DNA of 64,000 nucleotides from SAR116 cluster bacterium AG-426-A06 (GTDB taxonomy: Bacteria; Pseudomonadota; Alphaproteobacteria; Puniceispirillales; Marisalimonadaceae), in NCBI GenBank assembly GCA_003210115.1, contig QCNM01000001.1, positions 13,510-77,509 on the forward strand. Direction: 5' to 3'. Both the position numbers and the translations under genes were made by a program. Below the pieces are notes generated by a model. That model worked only from the letters and a program-made list of their open reading frames with translations, ran no database searches and was not told the origin of the DNA. Each line of letters begins with the position of its first letter. The first letter of the stretch is position 1. Of this stretch, positions 21,847 to 32,580 are shown one piece after another.

Positions 21847-22422
21847 ATGAATAAAATCAAATTTAAAATGAACAATGAAAATGAAATTTTAGAATTTCTT
21901 AATAAATATGGATTAAGATATTTATCTAAGTTTGAAACCACAGAATCTCAATTTAAATCTTTTTTAAAGAAAAAAATTGATGTTTTCGAACCAAATTTAA
22001 GTCCATACAAAAAAAATGAATTTATTAATTTAATTACAGAAAAAATGAAAAAGTTAAATTATGTTAATGATTTAAGATATTCTGAAATTAAAGGTGAAAA
22101 AATCTTTAACAGTGGTGGTTCAAAAAAGCTTCTTAAATTGAAATTAGATGAGAAAGGCATTGATCATGAAGTTATTGAAAAGATTACAGATAAGTTTTTT
22201 TCTAACAAATTAGACGAAATTCAATCCGCTTTAATTTATACAAAAAAGAAAAAAATAGGTCTATTTTATCAAAAAGATTTAAATAAAATAGATGCCAGTA
22301 ATTTAAAAAATAAATGGTTTGGGGCTCTTGCAAGAAGAGGTTTTTCATATGAAACAGCCAAAAAAGTTTTCGAGATAGACAAGTTGTCTGAAGCAGAAAA
22401 CATTATTAATAGAACAGTTTGA
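21847..22422 (+). CDS. recX: RecX-like regulatory protein
   Basis: 191 aa, helical-repeat protein. YLSKFETTESQFKSFLKKK, NYVNDLRYSE and LDEKGIDHEVIEK match the RecX repeat pattern. Confidence 0.55.
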   Translation: MNKIKFKMNNENEILEFLNKYGLRYLSKFETTESQFKSFLKKKIDVFEPNLSPYKKNEFINLITEKMKKLNYVNDLRYSEIKGEKIFNSGGSKKLLKLKLDEKGIDHEVIEKITDKFFSNKLDEIQSALIYTKKKKIGLFYQKDLNKIDASNLKNKWFGALARRGFSYETAKKVFEIDKLSEAENIINRTV

Positions 22423-22480
22423 AAATTTATTATATTATAATGTATCTGTAAGTTAGAAAAATAATTTTAAAGGTAAAACA

Positions 22481-24415
22481 ATGGACGATTTGTATAAACC
22501 AAGTAATAAAATTGTAGAAAATGCTCACATTAATAAATTGAAATATGAAGAAATGTATAAGGAATCAATTTCAAATCCTATTAAATTTTGGGGTGAACAT
22601 GGAAAACGAATTGATTGGATTAAAAATTATGAAAAAGTAAGAGATTTTTCATATGACAAAAAAAACTTATATATAAAATGGTTTGAAGATGGAACATTAA
22701 ATGCCAGCTATAATTGCATTGATAGGCACCTAAAAAATAATGGTAATAAAACTGCAATTATATGGGAAGGTGACAACCCAGATGAACAAAAATCAATAAC
22801 ATATAACGAACTATATAAAAATGTTTGTAAGTTCGCTAATGTTTTAAAAAAATTAGGCGCTAAAAAAGGTGACAGGATTACAATCTATATGCCAATGATA
22901 CCAGAAGCAGCTTATGCTATGTTAGCTTGTACTAGGATAGGAGCTATCCATTCTGTTGTTTTTGGAGGGTTTTCACCAGAAGCTCTTGCAGGAAGAATTG
23001 AAGATTGTAATTCAAATTTGATCATAACTGCTGACGAAGGTATTAGAGGTGGTAAGACAATCCCTTTAAAACAAAACACTGATGAAGCATTAAAAAAAAC
23101 ATCTTCATGTAAAAAATGTCTTGTTATTAAAAGAACAAATGGTGATATCAATTGGATTAATAACAGAGATTTTTGGTATCATGAGTTGTTAGAAGAAGTT
23201 GCGGAAACCTGTGAACCTGAAGAAATGAATGCTGAAGATCCAATGTTTATACTATATACATCTGGTTCTACAGGAAAGCCAAAAGGTGTAATGCATACAA
23301 CTGGCGGTTATATGGTTTACACATCTATTACTCATGAATATATTTTTGATTATAAACCAAATGAAGTTTACTGGTGTACAGCAGATGTTGGATGGGTTAC
23401 TGGACATTCATATATAATTTATGGACCTTTATCAAATTGTGCTACCACTCTAATGTTTGAAGGTGTTCCAAATTATCCAACTTCTAGTAGATTTTGGGAA
23501 GTTGTTGATAAGCATAAAGTAAATATTTTTTATACAGCTCCTACAGCACTTCGAGCATTAATGGCTGAAGGTGAGGCTCCAGTAAAAAAAACAAATAGAG
23601 GTAGTTTAAGAATTTTAGGTACAGTTGGAGAGCCTATAAATCCAGAGGCATGGAATTGGTATAATGAAATTGTAGGTGATAAAAGATGTCCTATCGTTGA
23701 TACATGGTGGCAAACAGAAACTGGAGGAATACTTATTACTCCTCTTCCTGGAGCAATAGATGCAAAGCCGGGTTCTGCAACAAAACCCTTTTTTGGTATT
23801 AAACCAGTATTAGTTGATAATGACAATAATGAGTTAAATGGTGAAGCTGAGGGAAATCTTTGTATTGAGATGTCATGGCCTGGTCAAATGAGGTCAGTCT
23901 ATGGGGATCATCAGAGATTTATTGATACCTATTTTAAAACATTTCCAGGACGATATTTTTCTGGTGATGGTTGTCGTAGAGATAAAGATGGATATTATTG
24001 GATAACTGGAAGAGTTGATGATGTAATAAACGTTTCTGGTCATAGAATGGGTACAGCCGAAGTTGAGTCAGCTTTGGTTGCTCATACTGATGTTGCAGAA
24101 GCAGCAGTTGTTGGATATCCACACGATATAAAAGGACAAGGAATTTATGCTTATGTTACTTTAAATATTGGTGTAGATTCGTCAGATCAATTACATGCTG
24201 AATTAAAAAAATGGGTTAGAAAAGAAATTGGTCCTATAGCTACTCCAGATTTATTACAATTCTCTCCGCAATTACCAAAAACTCGTTCAGGTAAAATAAT
24301 GAGGAGAATTTTAAGAAAAATCGCTGCTAATGAATACCAAGATTTAGGTGATACATCAACATTAGCTGATCCTTCAGTAGTAAATGATTTAATTGATAAT
24401 AGACAAAATAAATAA
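22481..24415 (+). CDS. acs: Acetyl-CoA synthetase
   Basis: 644 aa. [19 protein letters not shown] and [17 protein letters not shown]. Confidence 0.95.
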   Translation: MDDLYKPSNKIVENAHINKLKYEEMYKESISNPIKFWGEHGKRIDWIKNYEKVRDFSYDKKNLYIKWFEDGTLNASYNCIDRHLKNNGNKTAIIWEGDNPDEQKSITYNELYKNVCKFANVLKKLGAKKGDRITIYMPMIPEAAYAMLACTRIGAIHSVVFGGFSPEALAGRIEDCNSNLIITADEGIRGGKTIPLKQNTDEALKKTSSCKKCLVIKRTNGDINWINNRDFWYHELLEEVAETCEPEEMNAEDPMFILYTSGSTGKPKGVMHTTGGYMVYTSITHEYIFDYKPNEVYWCTADVGWVTGHSYIIYGPLSNCATTLMFEGVPNYPTSSRFWEVVDKHKVNIFYTAPTALRALMAEGEAPVKKTNRGSLRILGTVGEPINPEAWNWYNEIVGDKRCPIVDTWWQTETGGILITPLPGAIDAKPGSATKPFFGIKPVLVDNDNNELNGEAEGNLCIEMSWPGQMRSVYGDHQRFIDTYFKTFPGRYFSGDGCRRDKDGYYWITGRVDDVINVSGHRMGTAEVESALVAHTDVAEAAVVGYPHDIKGQGIYAYVTLNIGVDSSDQLHAELKKWVRKEIGPIATPDLLQFSPQLPKTRSGKIMRRILRKIAANEYQDLGDTSTLADPSVVNDLIDNRQNK

Positions 24416-24421
24416 AATTTT

Positions 24422-25306
24422 GTGAAAAACAGTAAGTTTGAATTTGCAAAATCTGATGGTTTTGTAGCAATAACCTACATGATATTGTCAGGATTTTGTT
24501 TTGTTATAATGCATGCAGCTGTCAAATATATTTCTGAGGAAATACATCCTTTTGAAATTGCATTTTTTAGATGTGCATTTGTTATTGTGATTTTGAGTCC
24601 AATGATATTTTATCAAGGAAAATCGATTTTAATTACTAAAAATCCAAAATTACAAATTTATAGGATAGGATTAAATTCAATCGCGCTACTCTGTTTTTTT
24701 TATGGTTTAAGTAAAATTAATTTAGCAGAAACTACTGCTCTAGGTTTTACAGTTCCAATTTTTACAACAATTTTTTCAGTTTTATTTCTGAAAGAAATAA
24801 TCAGGACTCGAAGAATAACAGCTTTGATAATAGGATTTATTGGAACACTTATAGTCCTAAGACCAGATATCAGTATTGAAATAGGATCCCTAATGGTAAT
24901 CCTCTCATCTTTACTTTGGTCAATTTGTCTCATCATTATTAAGAGATTAACTATTACAGATTCAGTATATACAATATCTTTATATGCTGGTGTTGGTCTA
25001 ATTCCTGCCACGTTATTTCTAGCGTTGCCAGTTTGGACTTCACCAACATTAATACATATTTTATTTTTTTTATTTATTTCACTTACAGGAACATTTGCAC
25101 AAACTTTAATGAACAGTTCATTTAAAAGAGCAGAGGTTGCTATGCTTTTACCATTTGATTTTTTAAGGTTAATTTGGTCAGCTTTACTTAGCTACACAAT
25201 TTTTAATGAAACACCTGAAATAACTTTATGGATTGGTGGAATAATTATACTTAGTTCCACTTGTTATCTCGCTTATAGGGAAATGATTTTAAGAAAAACT
25301 AGTTAA
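24422..25306 (+). CDS. DMT-superfamily (EamA) transporter
   Basis: 294 aa, 10 TM, two EamA-like halves, GTG start. Confidence 0.8.
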   Translation: MKNSKFEFAKSDGFVAITYMILSGFCFVIMHAAVKYISEEIHPFEIAFFRCAFVIVILSPMIFYQGKSILITKNPKLQIYRIGLNSIALLCFFYGLSKINLAETTALGFTVPIFTTIFSVLFLKEIIRTRRITALIIGFIGTLIVLRPDISIEIGSLMVILSSLLWSICLIIIKRLTITDSVYTISLYAGVGLIPATLFLALPVWTSPTLIHILFFLFISLTGTFAQTLMNSSFKRAEVAMLLPFDFLRLIWSALLSYTIFNETPEITLWIGGIIILSSTCYLAYREMILRKTS

Positions 25307-26045
25307 ACCATAATTTTTTTGCGAACTGTGGATAAAAATTTAATACTTTAGGAGCAATCAAATTTCGTAAAACATCAATTCTTTTTTGAGAGGGCATAGT
25401 AAAATATTTTAAATTTTTATTAGTTTTAAATTCAAAACCTGTACTTTTAATTACCTCGTCTAATGTAAATTCAGGATTTATTTTTTCAATTTTAAAATTT
25501 TTCTTTTTTTTGTTAAAACTAAATAAAGCTTTATTTGTGATTAAATATTTGGGACCACCTGGCCTATATATGTTAGGTGGTGAAATGCCAGGTGCAGAAA
25601 TAAAATCAACTTTTTTTACTAATGTTCTGGGAGTATGTTCTTCACGAAACAGAATAATTTTGGGGACTACAAAATACATTAATGCTGAACCAAACGACCC
25701 TGAAAAACGTTTATCTAATTTTGGGTAACGACCAGTTCCAACTAAATTTATGTTAGCTTCACCATCTATTTGAACTCCTCCTAAAAAAAAAGTATCTATT
25801 CTTCCCTGAGCAGCTGCATCAAACAACTCCCTAGAGCCATCCGTAAAATTATTAAATTTTTGAGAATGCAAAATTGTTACTTGTAATTTTAAATTAGTAT
25901 TTTTTCTTTCCTCTTGAGCTAAAAGAGCCGCTGAACCAGGTATTGGAGAAGCTGCACCAATTGCTACATGTTTGTCATCTTTTAATAAATTAGATATTTC
26001 ACTTATTATAATTTCAGATTGAAAAATTTCAGTCACTTGGATCAA
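25299..26045 (-). CDS. CoA-transferase family I, subunit B-like
   Basis: 248 aa, translationally coupled to the upstream A subunit with a 4-nt overlap. Glutaconate/3-oxoacid CoA-transferase-like. Confidence 0.65.
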   Translation of the reverse strand: MIQVTEIFQSEIIISEISNLLKDDKHVAIGAASPIPGSAALLAQEERKNTNLKLQVTILHSQKFNNFTDGSRELFDAAAQGRIDTFFLGGVQIDGEANINLVGTGRYPKLDKRFSGSFGSALMYFVVPKIILFREEHTPRTLVKKVDFISAPGISPPNIYRPGGPKYLITNKALFSFNKKKKNFKIEKINPEFTLDEVIKSTGFEFKTNKNLKYFTMPSQKRIDVLRNLIAPKVLNFYPQFAKKLWFN

Positions 26046-26881
26046 ATATTTGAATAATTATTTTGTGAAATAAAATCTCTCATATATTCATCAAATGTTT
26101 CTTGGTACTTTGCTGCCTTAGCATACTTGCTCATCTCATTAGTATCTATATCATAATAGTCTGTTAATCCACATGGCCACGCACCATTTTTAGCCAATGA
26201 TATGCCGTCAATATACAAAGATGGTAAAGTAGCAGCAGCCTTAAGTTCGGAATCAAAAAAATCTTCATCTACAATTTCTTCCACTGTAACATATACTTTT
26301 TTTGAAGCATGTGCCAATGTAGCCAATTCTCTTCTTCTTCCAATTTGTACATTTCCATTGATATCAGCTTTACTAGCATGAAAAATGAGAATGTCTAATT
26401 GTACAGCTGGTAAAATAACAATTTTTTCATCATTGGTATTAGAATTATTTATTGGATTGTCAATCACAGACCAATCATTTCTGTTCTTATACAAATCTGA
26501 ACCTAAAATCCCTCTCAATGGCATAAAGGGAACTGATTTTTCAGTAGCTTGAAGTTGTGCATGTAACGCAGGACAAGTAGAATCTTTAATATTAATCTTA
26601 CTATTTTCAATTGCATTTTGAAACCTAGGAGCTTGGCCATACTCTCCTAAGGTAACAGCTGCAGTCTCAATTTCATTTACACAGCCAGATCCAATTAACA
26701 TATCTCCTTGAATTGTAGTTAGTGGTAAGCAATATAACCTCAACCCTTTGGTTTTATTTTTGATTATTTCAATTGTAACTGACATTGGAACACCAGAATA
26801 ATCAGCAGGTATACCAAGTAAGCAATTATCCTTAACTTCTTTAGCAATATCTTTTACAGTTATTTGCGTGAAATTTACCAT
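26042..26881 (-). CDS. CoA-transferase family I, subunit A-like
   Basis: 279 aa, paired with the B subunit. Confidence 0.65.
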   Translation of the reverse strand: MVNFTQITVKDIAKEVKDNCLLGIPADYSGVPMSVTIEIIKNKTKGLRLYCLPLTTIQGDMLIGSGCVNEIETAAVTLGEYGQAPRFQNAIENSKINIKDSTCPALHAQLQATEKSVPFMPLRGILGSDLYKNRNDWSVIDNPINNSNTNDEKIVILPAVQLDILIFHASKADINGNVQIGRRRELATLAHASKKVYVTVEEIVDEDFFDSELKAAATLPSLYIDGISLAKNGAWPCGLTDYYDIDTNEMSKYAKAAKYQETFDEYMRDFISQNNYSNI

Positions 26882-26883
26882 TT

Positions 26884-27360
26884 TTAGTAAGAACTTTTTT
26901 TACCTGATTTTTTATCCATAATTGATTTTTTAAGTTTATCAAACTCAGAGCATCCAAGAAAGCAAATTTTATCTAATTTTTTTAAATTTTCTTCAGCTTT
27001 TCCTATTTGGTTTAGAGTTAAAAACATTTCTCCTTGATACTCAAGAGCACCTTTATGCTTAGGATTTATTTCAAGAGCTTTATTGTAAAAAAAAGCAGCA
27101 TCTTCCATTTTACCTAATTTTCTATGAGAAAATCCTAAATAATTATATATATCTGCATTTTTGCTATCAGTTACCAACGCGTCATTTAACTTTACAATAG
27201 CATCAGAATATTGTTTTTTATTTATAAGTTTTTCAGCAGATAAATATGCTAATGATTTAGTTTTGGCGTTATTTGAATCTGAGCTTGATCCTGCCGAAAA
27301 AACATTGTTGGAATTTATAATTAAAAAAACAGATACAGTAAATAATTTTAAAAAATACAT
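26884..27360 (-). CDS. Secreted tetratricopeptide-repeat protein
   Basis: 158 aa, signal peptide, and TPR consensus (A..Y...G......G....A...Y..AL...P). Confidence 0.7.
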   Translation of the reverse strand: MYFLKLFTVSVFLIINSNNVFSAGSSSDSNNAKTKSLAYLSAEKLINKKQYSDAIVKLNDALVTDSKNADIYNYLGFSHRKLGKMEDAAFFYNKALEINPKHKGALEYQGEMFLTLNQIGKAEENLKKLDKICFLGCSEFDKLKKSIMDKKSGKKSSY

Positions 27361-27404
27361 TTTATTCCTCTTTAAAAAATAATTATAATGATTACGGTAT
27401 AAGT

Positions 27405-27896
27405 ATGTATAAATCCAGTTATTTAAAGAGGCTAAAAACTACAACATTAACATTCATATTGTGCTCATTGTTTATTTTTAATCTTAAAAGTCCTTTACTT
27501 GCTGAAATTAGACCAAATGATAAGTTCAGCCCCCTAGAAGTTGTAGACATACAATTAACTTCACTTCAGAGTAATTCTAATGATAATAAAGGCATTTATC
27601 AGTGCTGGTTATTTGCCCATCCAGAAAATAAAAAATATACAGGCCCACTAGGTAGATTTGTTTCAATGATTAGATCAAACCCTTATGATGTACTACTAGG
27701 ATCACTGTTTTTCGAAACTAAATTAATTTCTAAAAATCAAACTGAGGCAAAGGTACAAGTTTTTTTAGATGGAAAAAATAAAAATAGATACAAAATTTTA
27801 TGGATTCTTAGTAAAAGTAATATAAGTAAAAAATGTACTAATTGTTGGATGACTATAGGCGTATCACAACCTCAAAACTTAGGTCCAATAATATAG
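27405..27896 (+). CDS. Secreted DUF4864-like protein
   Basis: 163 aa. A signal peptide, then a pattern resembling DUF4864 (VVDIQLTSLQ..., FAHPENKKYTGPLGRFVSMIRSNPYDVLL). Confidence 0.45.
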   Translation: MYKSSYLKRLKTTTLTFILCSLFIFNLKSPLLAEIRPNDKFSPLEVVDIQLTSLQSNSNDNKGIYQCWLFAHPENKKYTGPLGRFVSMIRSNPYDVLLGSLFFETKLISKNQTEAKVQVFLDGKNKNRYKILWILSKSNISKKCTNCWMTIGVSQPQNLGPII

Positions 27897-27919
27897 TTAT
27901 TATAAAATAGGAGAAATAT

Positions 27920-28294
27920 ATGAAAACAGCACAAGATTTTTTAAAAGAAGCTAACGAAATTGTTGAAAAAATTGATACATTAGATGCAATTAAAAAACAT
28001 GGTTCTAATGAAACAATATTTATAGATGTTCGTGACAGTGGTGATATTCAAAAAACTGGAACTATTAAAGATGCACTTACAATCCCTCGAGGTTTTATTG
28101 AATTTGCTGCAGACGATCAGACACCCTATTTCAATACAAAGTTAAATAAAAATAGTGAGATTATATTAGTATGTGGTGCTGGTGGACAAGCTGCTTTGAG
28201 TGGAAAAACTCTGATCGAAATGGGTTACAGTAATGTAAAAAACGTTGGAGGAATTGGAGATTGGGAAAAAAATAACGGTCCTATGGATAAATAA
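27920..28294 (+). CDS. Rhodanese-domain sulfurtransferase
   Basis: 124 aa with the active-site loop VCGAGGQAA. Confidence 0.8.
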   Translation: MKTAQDFLKEANEIVEKIDTLDAIKKHGSNETIFIDVRDSGDIQKTGTIKDALTIPRGFIEFAADDQTPYFNTKLNKNSEIILVCGAGGQAALSGKTLIEMGYSNVKNVGGIGDWEKNNGPMDK

Positions 28295-28299
28295 TTACA

Positions 28300-29193
28300 G
28301 TGATTTCAAAAAAACCAATCATTGGCGTATTAATGCCTGGTGACATGGGTCATGGAATTGCAAAGGTTTTAGTTGAAAATAATTTTAAAGTTTTAACATT
28401 TTTAAAAGGTAGAAGTAAAAGAACACTTAAACTTGCTAACGAGGCAAGATTAATAAATATTGAAAATTTTGAAAATTTTTTAAAAGAAGTTGATATAATA
28501 TTTTCCATCATTCCACCTGAAAAAGCATTTCATCAAGCAAAGTTTGTTACTAGTTTTTCATCTCATATACAAAAAAAAATAACATACGTTGATTGTAATG
28601 CTATATCACCAAACACTTGCTTAAAAATTGAAAAACTGTTTAATAACAAACATTTTGAATTTTTAGACGGAGGTATTGTAGGTTTAAATCCAATTGTAGA
28701 AAAAGGTAAAACTCGTCTCTATATCTCAGGTAAAAATACAAGTAAATTAGAAATTTTCAATAATAAAGGTATTATAGTTAAAAGTCTCGGTTCTGAAATT
28801 GGAAAAGCCTCAGCATTTAAAATGATTTATGCTAGCGCTACAAAAGGCACTTTTGCACTTCATGCCGCAGCAATAACTGCTGCTTCAAAATCTAAGTTGT
28901 TTGACGAATACGTGAAAGAGCTTGAATTTAGTAAACCTGAAATTTTAAAAGCTATGAAAAATATGACTCCCAAAATCCCATTGGATGCAAGTAGATGGGA
29001 AGGTGAAATGTATGAAATAGCAAAAACTTTTAAAACATTGAATCTGACTCCTAAATTTCATGAAGGTGCTGCTGACATTATGAAACTAGCTCAAAAGACC
29101 CCAATCTCTAATGAAACTAGACAAACTTTCAATGAGTCCAGAACATTTGAAGAAGCTGTAAATATGTTCGTAAAAGCAAGTAAGAAAAATTAA
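28300..29193 (+). CDS. NAD(P)-binding 6-phosphogluconate-dehydrogenase-like oxidoreductase (DUF1932-type C-terminus)
   Basis: 297 aa, GTG start, an N-terminal dinucleotide-binding glycine loop and a helical C-terminal domain. Confidence 0.55.
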   Translation: MISKKPIIGVLMPGDMGHGIAKVLVENNFKVLTFLKGRSKRTLKLANEARLINIENFENFLKEVDIIFSIIPPEKAFHQAKFVTSFSSHIQKKITYVDCNAISPNTCLKIEKLFNNKHFEFLDGGIVGLNPIVEKGKTRLYISGKNTSKLEIFNNKGIIVKSLGSEIGKASAFKMIYASATKGTFALHAAAITAASKSKLFDEYVKELEFSKPEILKAMKNMTPKIPLDASRWEGEMYEIAKTFKTLNLTPKFHEGAADIMKLAQKTPISNETRQTFNESRTFEEAVNMFVKASKKN

Positions 29194-29237
29194 ATTTGTA
29201 ATTAATTGCTTTAAAATTAATTAACATGTAAATTAAT

Positions 29238-30533
29238 TTGATAATGTTTTTAATTAACTCTAAAACTGTAAATGAAATTAATACAAAGATGTTTTACGGG
29301 TGGATTATCGTTTTAATTGGTGGTTTGGGTATTTTCAGTAGTGGAGCAGGACAATCCCATACATTTAGTGCTTTTCTTCCAATTATTACAAAAGAACTTA
29401 ATATATCAAGTACTTCAATATCAACAGCTTATATGATTGCAACTTTAGTTGCTGCTTTCTTGCTTCCACGAATGGGTAAATTTGTTGATAAATTTGGGCC
29501 TAGAATTGTTTTAATTACGACTATCATTTTGCTTGGTTTTGGATGTTTATTATTTGGAGCTGCATCAAATTTTTTAATGTTGGCACTAGGTTTTGGATTT
29601 TTAAGGTTTTTTGGTCAAGGCTCTCTTATGCTTTGTTCGTCCAACATAGTAACACAATGGTTCGACAAAAAAAGAGGATTTGCCCTTGGATTAATGGGGC
29701 TTGGATTTGCAATATCTATGGGTTTGCATCCTCCTATTTCGAATTACCTCATAGAGGTTTATGGGTGGAGAACGGGATGGGTCATTATTGGTTTTTCAAC
29801 TTGGATAATTATGTTGCCTCCATTGATATTTTTAGCAGTAAATAAACCAGAAGATGTAAACATGTTACCTGATGGAGCTGAAAAAATTACAAATGAGAAA
29901 AATACGAAAAGTAAAATTATTGGTCTAAATCTTAGTGAAGCCCTTAAAGAAAAATGTTTTTATATTTTGGCATTTTCCTTTTTCTCTATTTCTATGTTAG
30001 TGACTGCTTTACATTTCTTTCAAGTAACAATTTTGAACGAATATTTTAATCTTTCAAGTCAAATCGCAACTACATTATTTATACCAACGATGATTGCCAT
30101 GATATTATTTATACCCATTATAGGTAAAATGTTAGATAAATTTCAAACACATATTATTATCGGAATAGCCTTAATAGTAACAGGATGCTCATTAATTATG
30201 ATAACTTTTGCATCTTCTTTACAAAATGCAATAATATATTCTGTTATTTTTGGTATCAACAATGCTTTTAGTATTTCACTATTTGGGTATATTTGGGCCA
30301 GATATTTTGGAAGATTACATGTAGGATCAATACAAGGTACAGGACAAATGATTTTAGTTGTTGGAGCATCTATTGGACCAATACCTTTTGCAGCTGCAAT
30401 TGACTTTTTAGGAGATCCAATTTCAACTATAAGAATTTGTTCCATATATCCATTTTTAGCTTCATTTCTTTGTATTTTATTTTTGAGAGAACCTAAAAAA
30501 TTGACAAACTTAAAATTACGAATTGAAAACTAA
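29238..30533 (+). CDS. MFS transporter
   Basis: 12-TM protein. The start is uncertain: TTG 29238, ATG 29244, or ATG 29289 (MFYGWIIV). Confidence 0.8.
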   Translation: MIMFLINSKTVNEINTKMFYGWIIVLIGGLGIFSSGAGQSHTFSAFLPIITKELNISSTSISTAYMIATLVAAFLLPRMGKFVDKFGPRIVLITTIILLGFGCLLFGAASNFLMLALGFGFLRFFGQGSLMLCSSNIVTQWFDKKRGFALGLMGLGFAISMGLHPPISNYLIEVYGWRTGWVIIGFSTWIIMLPPLIFLAVNKPEDVNMLPDGAEKITNEKNTKSKIIGLNLSEALKEKCFYILAFSFFSISMLVTALHFFQVTILNEYFNLSSQIATTLFIPTMIAMILFIPIIGKMLDKFQTHIIIGIALIVTGCSLIMITFASSLQNAIIYSVIFGINNAFSISLFGYIWARYFGRLHVGSIQGTGQMILVVGASIGPIPFAAAIDFLGDPISTIRICSIYPFLASFLCILFLREPKKLTNLKLRIEN

Positions 30534-31428
30534 AATCTTGAAAATAATTTTTTCAAATAATTTTATTGCTATTTTCGCAATGATAATTGCTGTTGTAAGT
30601 GTTACCTTAATGAGTGCAATTGCAAAGTTGATTGGACCAGAGTATAACCCAATACAAATTGCGTTTATAAGGGGAATAATAGTCATAATCTTATTATTAC
30701 CTATAATTAATAAATTAGGTGGATTAAAATTCCTCTATACAAAAAAACCATTTCTTCATTTTTTCAGATCAATTGCAGGAGTAATTGGAAATATCTTATT
30801 TTTTTATTCTTTTCAAAGATTACCTATTGCAGATGTGACAGTTATATCCATGGCTGTTCCTATTTTCAGTTCAATTCTTGCTATATTTTTTTTAAATGAA
30901 ATAATTGGCTGGAGAAGATGGACTGCTATAATTTTTGGATTTACTGGCGTTGTGATTGCATTAGATCCTTCAACTCATATAGAAATAGCTTCAATTACAG
31001 CATTAATAGCTACATTAATGTGGTCAACAACAATTATCTTTTTACGAATACTTGGAGAAACTGAAAATCCATTTAAAACAGTATTTTATTTTATGTTAGT
31101 AAGTGTAATAACCACCTCTTTTTTTCAACCCTATGTATGGAAAGATCCAACTTTAGACGTTTATATATTGCTAATTTTATTAGGAGTATGCGCTTTTATA
31201 ACTCAAAGTTTGATGACTTTTGCTTTGCAAAAGGCAGAAGCTTCGATCGTAAGCCCTTATAATTATACAGGTATTATTTGGGCAATAATTATTGATTTAG
31301 CGATTTGGAATGTTTATCCATTGACTAATACAATTGTTGGAGGAATAATTATTACAATATCAGGCATTTACATTTTTCGAAGAGAGACCAAAAGATCCAT
31401 TAAATCTTCTAAGAAAATAAATATATGA
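30523..31428 (+). CDS. DMT-superfamily (EamA) transporter
   Basis: 301 aa, 10 TM, TTG start overlapping the preceding stop. Confidence 0.8.
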   Translation: MKTKILKIIFSNNFIAIFAMIIAVVSVTLMSAIAKLIGPEYNPIQIAFIRGIIVIILLLPIINKLGGLKFLYTKKPFLHFFRSIAGVIGNILFFYSFQRLPIADVTVISMAVPIFSSILAIFFLNEIIGWRRWTAIIFGFTGVVIALDPSTHIEIASITALIATLMWSTTIIFLRILGETENPFKTVFYFMLVSVITTSFFQPYVWKDPTLDVYILLILLGVCAFITQSLMTFALQKAEASIVSPYNYTGIIWAIIIDLAIWNVYPLTNTIVGGIIITISGIYIFRRETKRSIKSSKKINI

Positions 31429-32580
31429 TAAATACCCTACACTTGGAGTTATAATTAAAACCAGTTCTAATGGAATTATTTCACCAAACAAACCAATCAA
31501 AATACCACCAATAGATAAAGATCCAAATGAAATTGTTGACCACCATGTCAGTACACGAGCCCTAAATTGTTCTGAAACTTCCAATTGAATTAATGTTTGT
31601 GTTCCAATTCCTATCAGAGTTGTAGAAAAACCCAAAAATAAAAATAATAAAATAATGATTTCTATATCATTAAATATCCCAATGAATAATGAAGATAAAA
31701 ATCCAAAAATTATCATAGGTAAAAATATTTTAGATAAATTATTTTGTAAATATTTACTAGAGCCAAGGAAAATAGAAGCAAGTAACGCTCCAATTCCTGC
31801 AGATGCAGTAATTAACGATAAACTTGTACTACTTCCAGATAAAATTTCACCTGCTATGGTTGGCTGGATTTCCAAAACTCCTCTAACAAATAATGCATTA
31901 ATAAAAACTATGTATAAATTTATTTTTATAATTTTGTTTTTTAAAGAATATCGTAAACCTCCAAAAAAATCCTTTTTAAAAGTCTCTTTTTTAAAAGAAT
32001 TAGTATCTCGTTTTTCCAATGGTATAAAAAACAGTATTAATATTATTGGTAAATATAACAAAGCTGAGACAAGGAATGTTAACTGTAAATCAAAATATAA
32101 CATAAGAAAACCAGCAATAGCAGGTCCTACGACTCTGGAGGCGTTAAATGAAGCCGAATTTAAACCTATTGCGCTTCCTAAGAAAGATTTTTTTACTACT
32201 ATTGAGACAAATACTAATCTAACAGGATGATATATAGCACTTAAAATACCATATATTAATGTTAAGACAGCAAGTGAAAAAATTGAATGAACTTGAATAA
32301 ATTGTAAATAAAAAATCATAATTGAAATAAAAAACATTGAGAATTTTAATATAATTGTAGCCTTTCTCATATCCCATTTTTCAGCCCAAACTCCGAAGAA
32401 AGGACCTAAAATTCCAGCTGGTGCCATTAGAGATAATGCAACAAAACTTGTCCAAAATGTTGATTCAGTTAAATTCCACGCTAGCCAACCTATACTTACT
32501 TTTTGCATCCACAGACCAAGTAACGATAGAGAGTTACAAACAAAATAAATTGCAAATGGTTTGTAAGATAAAGCTGTCAT
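31360..32580 (-). CDS. MFS transporter
   Basis: 406 aa, 12 TM. Confidence 0.75.
   Translation of the reverse strand: MTALSYKPFAIYFVCNSLSLLGLWMQKVSIGWLAWNLTESTFWTSFVALSLMAPAGILGPFFGVWAEKWDMRKATIILKFSMFFISIMIFYLQFIQVHSIFSLAVLTLIYGILSAIYHPVRLVFVSIVVKKSFLGSAIGLNSASFNASRVVGPAIAGFLMLYFDLQLTFLVSALLYLPIILILFFIPLEKRDTNSFKKETFKKDFFGGLRYSLKNKIIKINLYIVFINALFVRGVLEIQPTIAGEILSGSSTSLSLITASAGIGALLASIFLGSSKYLQNNLSKIFLPMIIFGFLSSLFIGIFNDIEIIILLFLFLGFSTTLIGIGTQTLIQLEVSEQFRARVLTWWSTISFGSLSIGGILIGLFGEIIPLELVLIITPSVGYLSYIYFLRRFNGSFGLSSKNVNA

Noticed and set aside
22912-24122. Minus-strand ORFs 22912..23151, 23530..23826 and 23934..24122
   Set aside because: They are antisense within acs.
24700-25728. ORFs 24700..25011 (-) and 25510..25728 (+)
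   Set aside because: They are antisense within the EamA transporter and the CoA-transferase B subunit respectively.
27161-27382. 73-aa plus-strand ORF
   Set aside because: It is antisense to the TPR protein gene.
29543-30445. ORFs 29543..29845 (+) and 30143..30445 (-)
   Set aside because: They are alternate-frame or antisense ORFs inside the MFS transporter gene.
31655-32230. 191-aa plus-strand ORF
   Set aside because: It is long but antisense to a clear 12-TM MFS gene, and its composition is K/I/N-rich low complexity.
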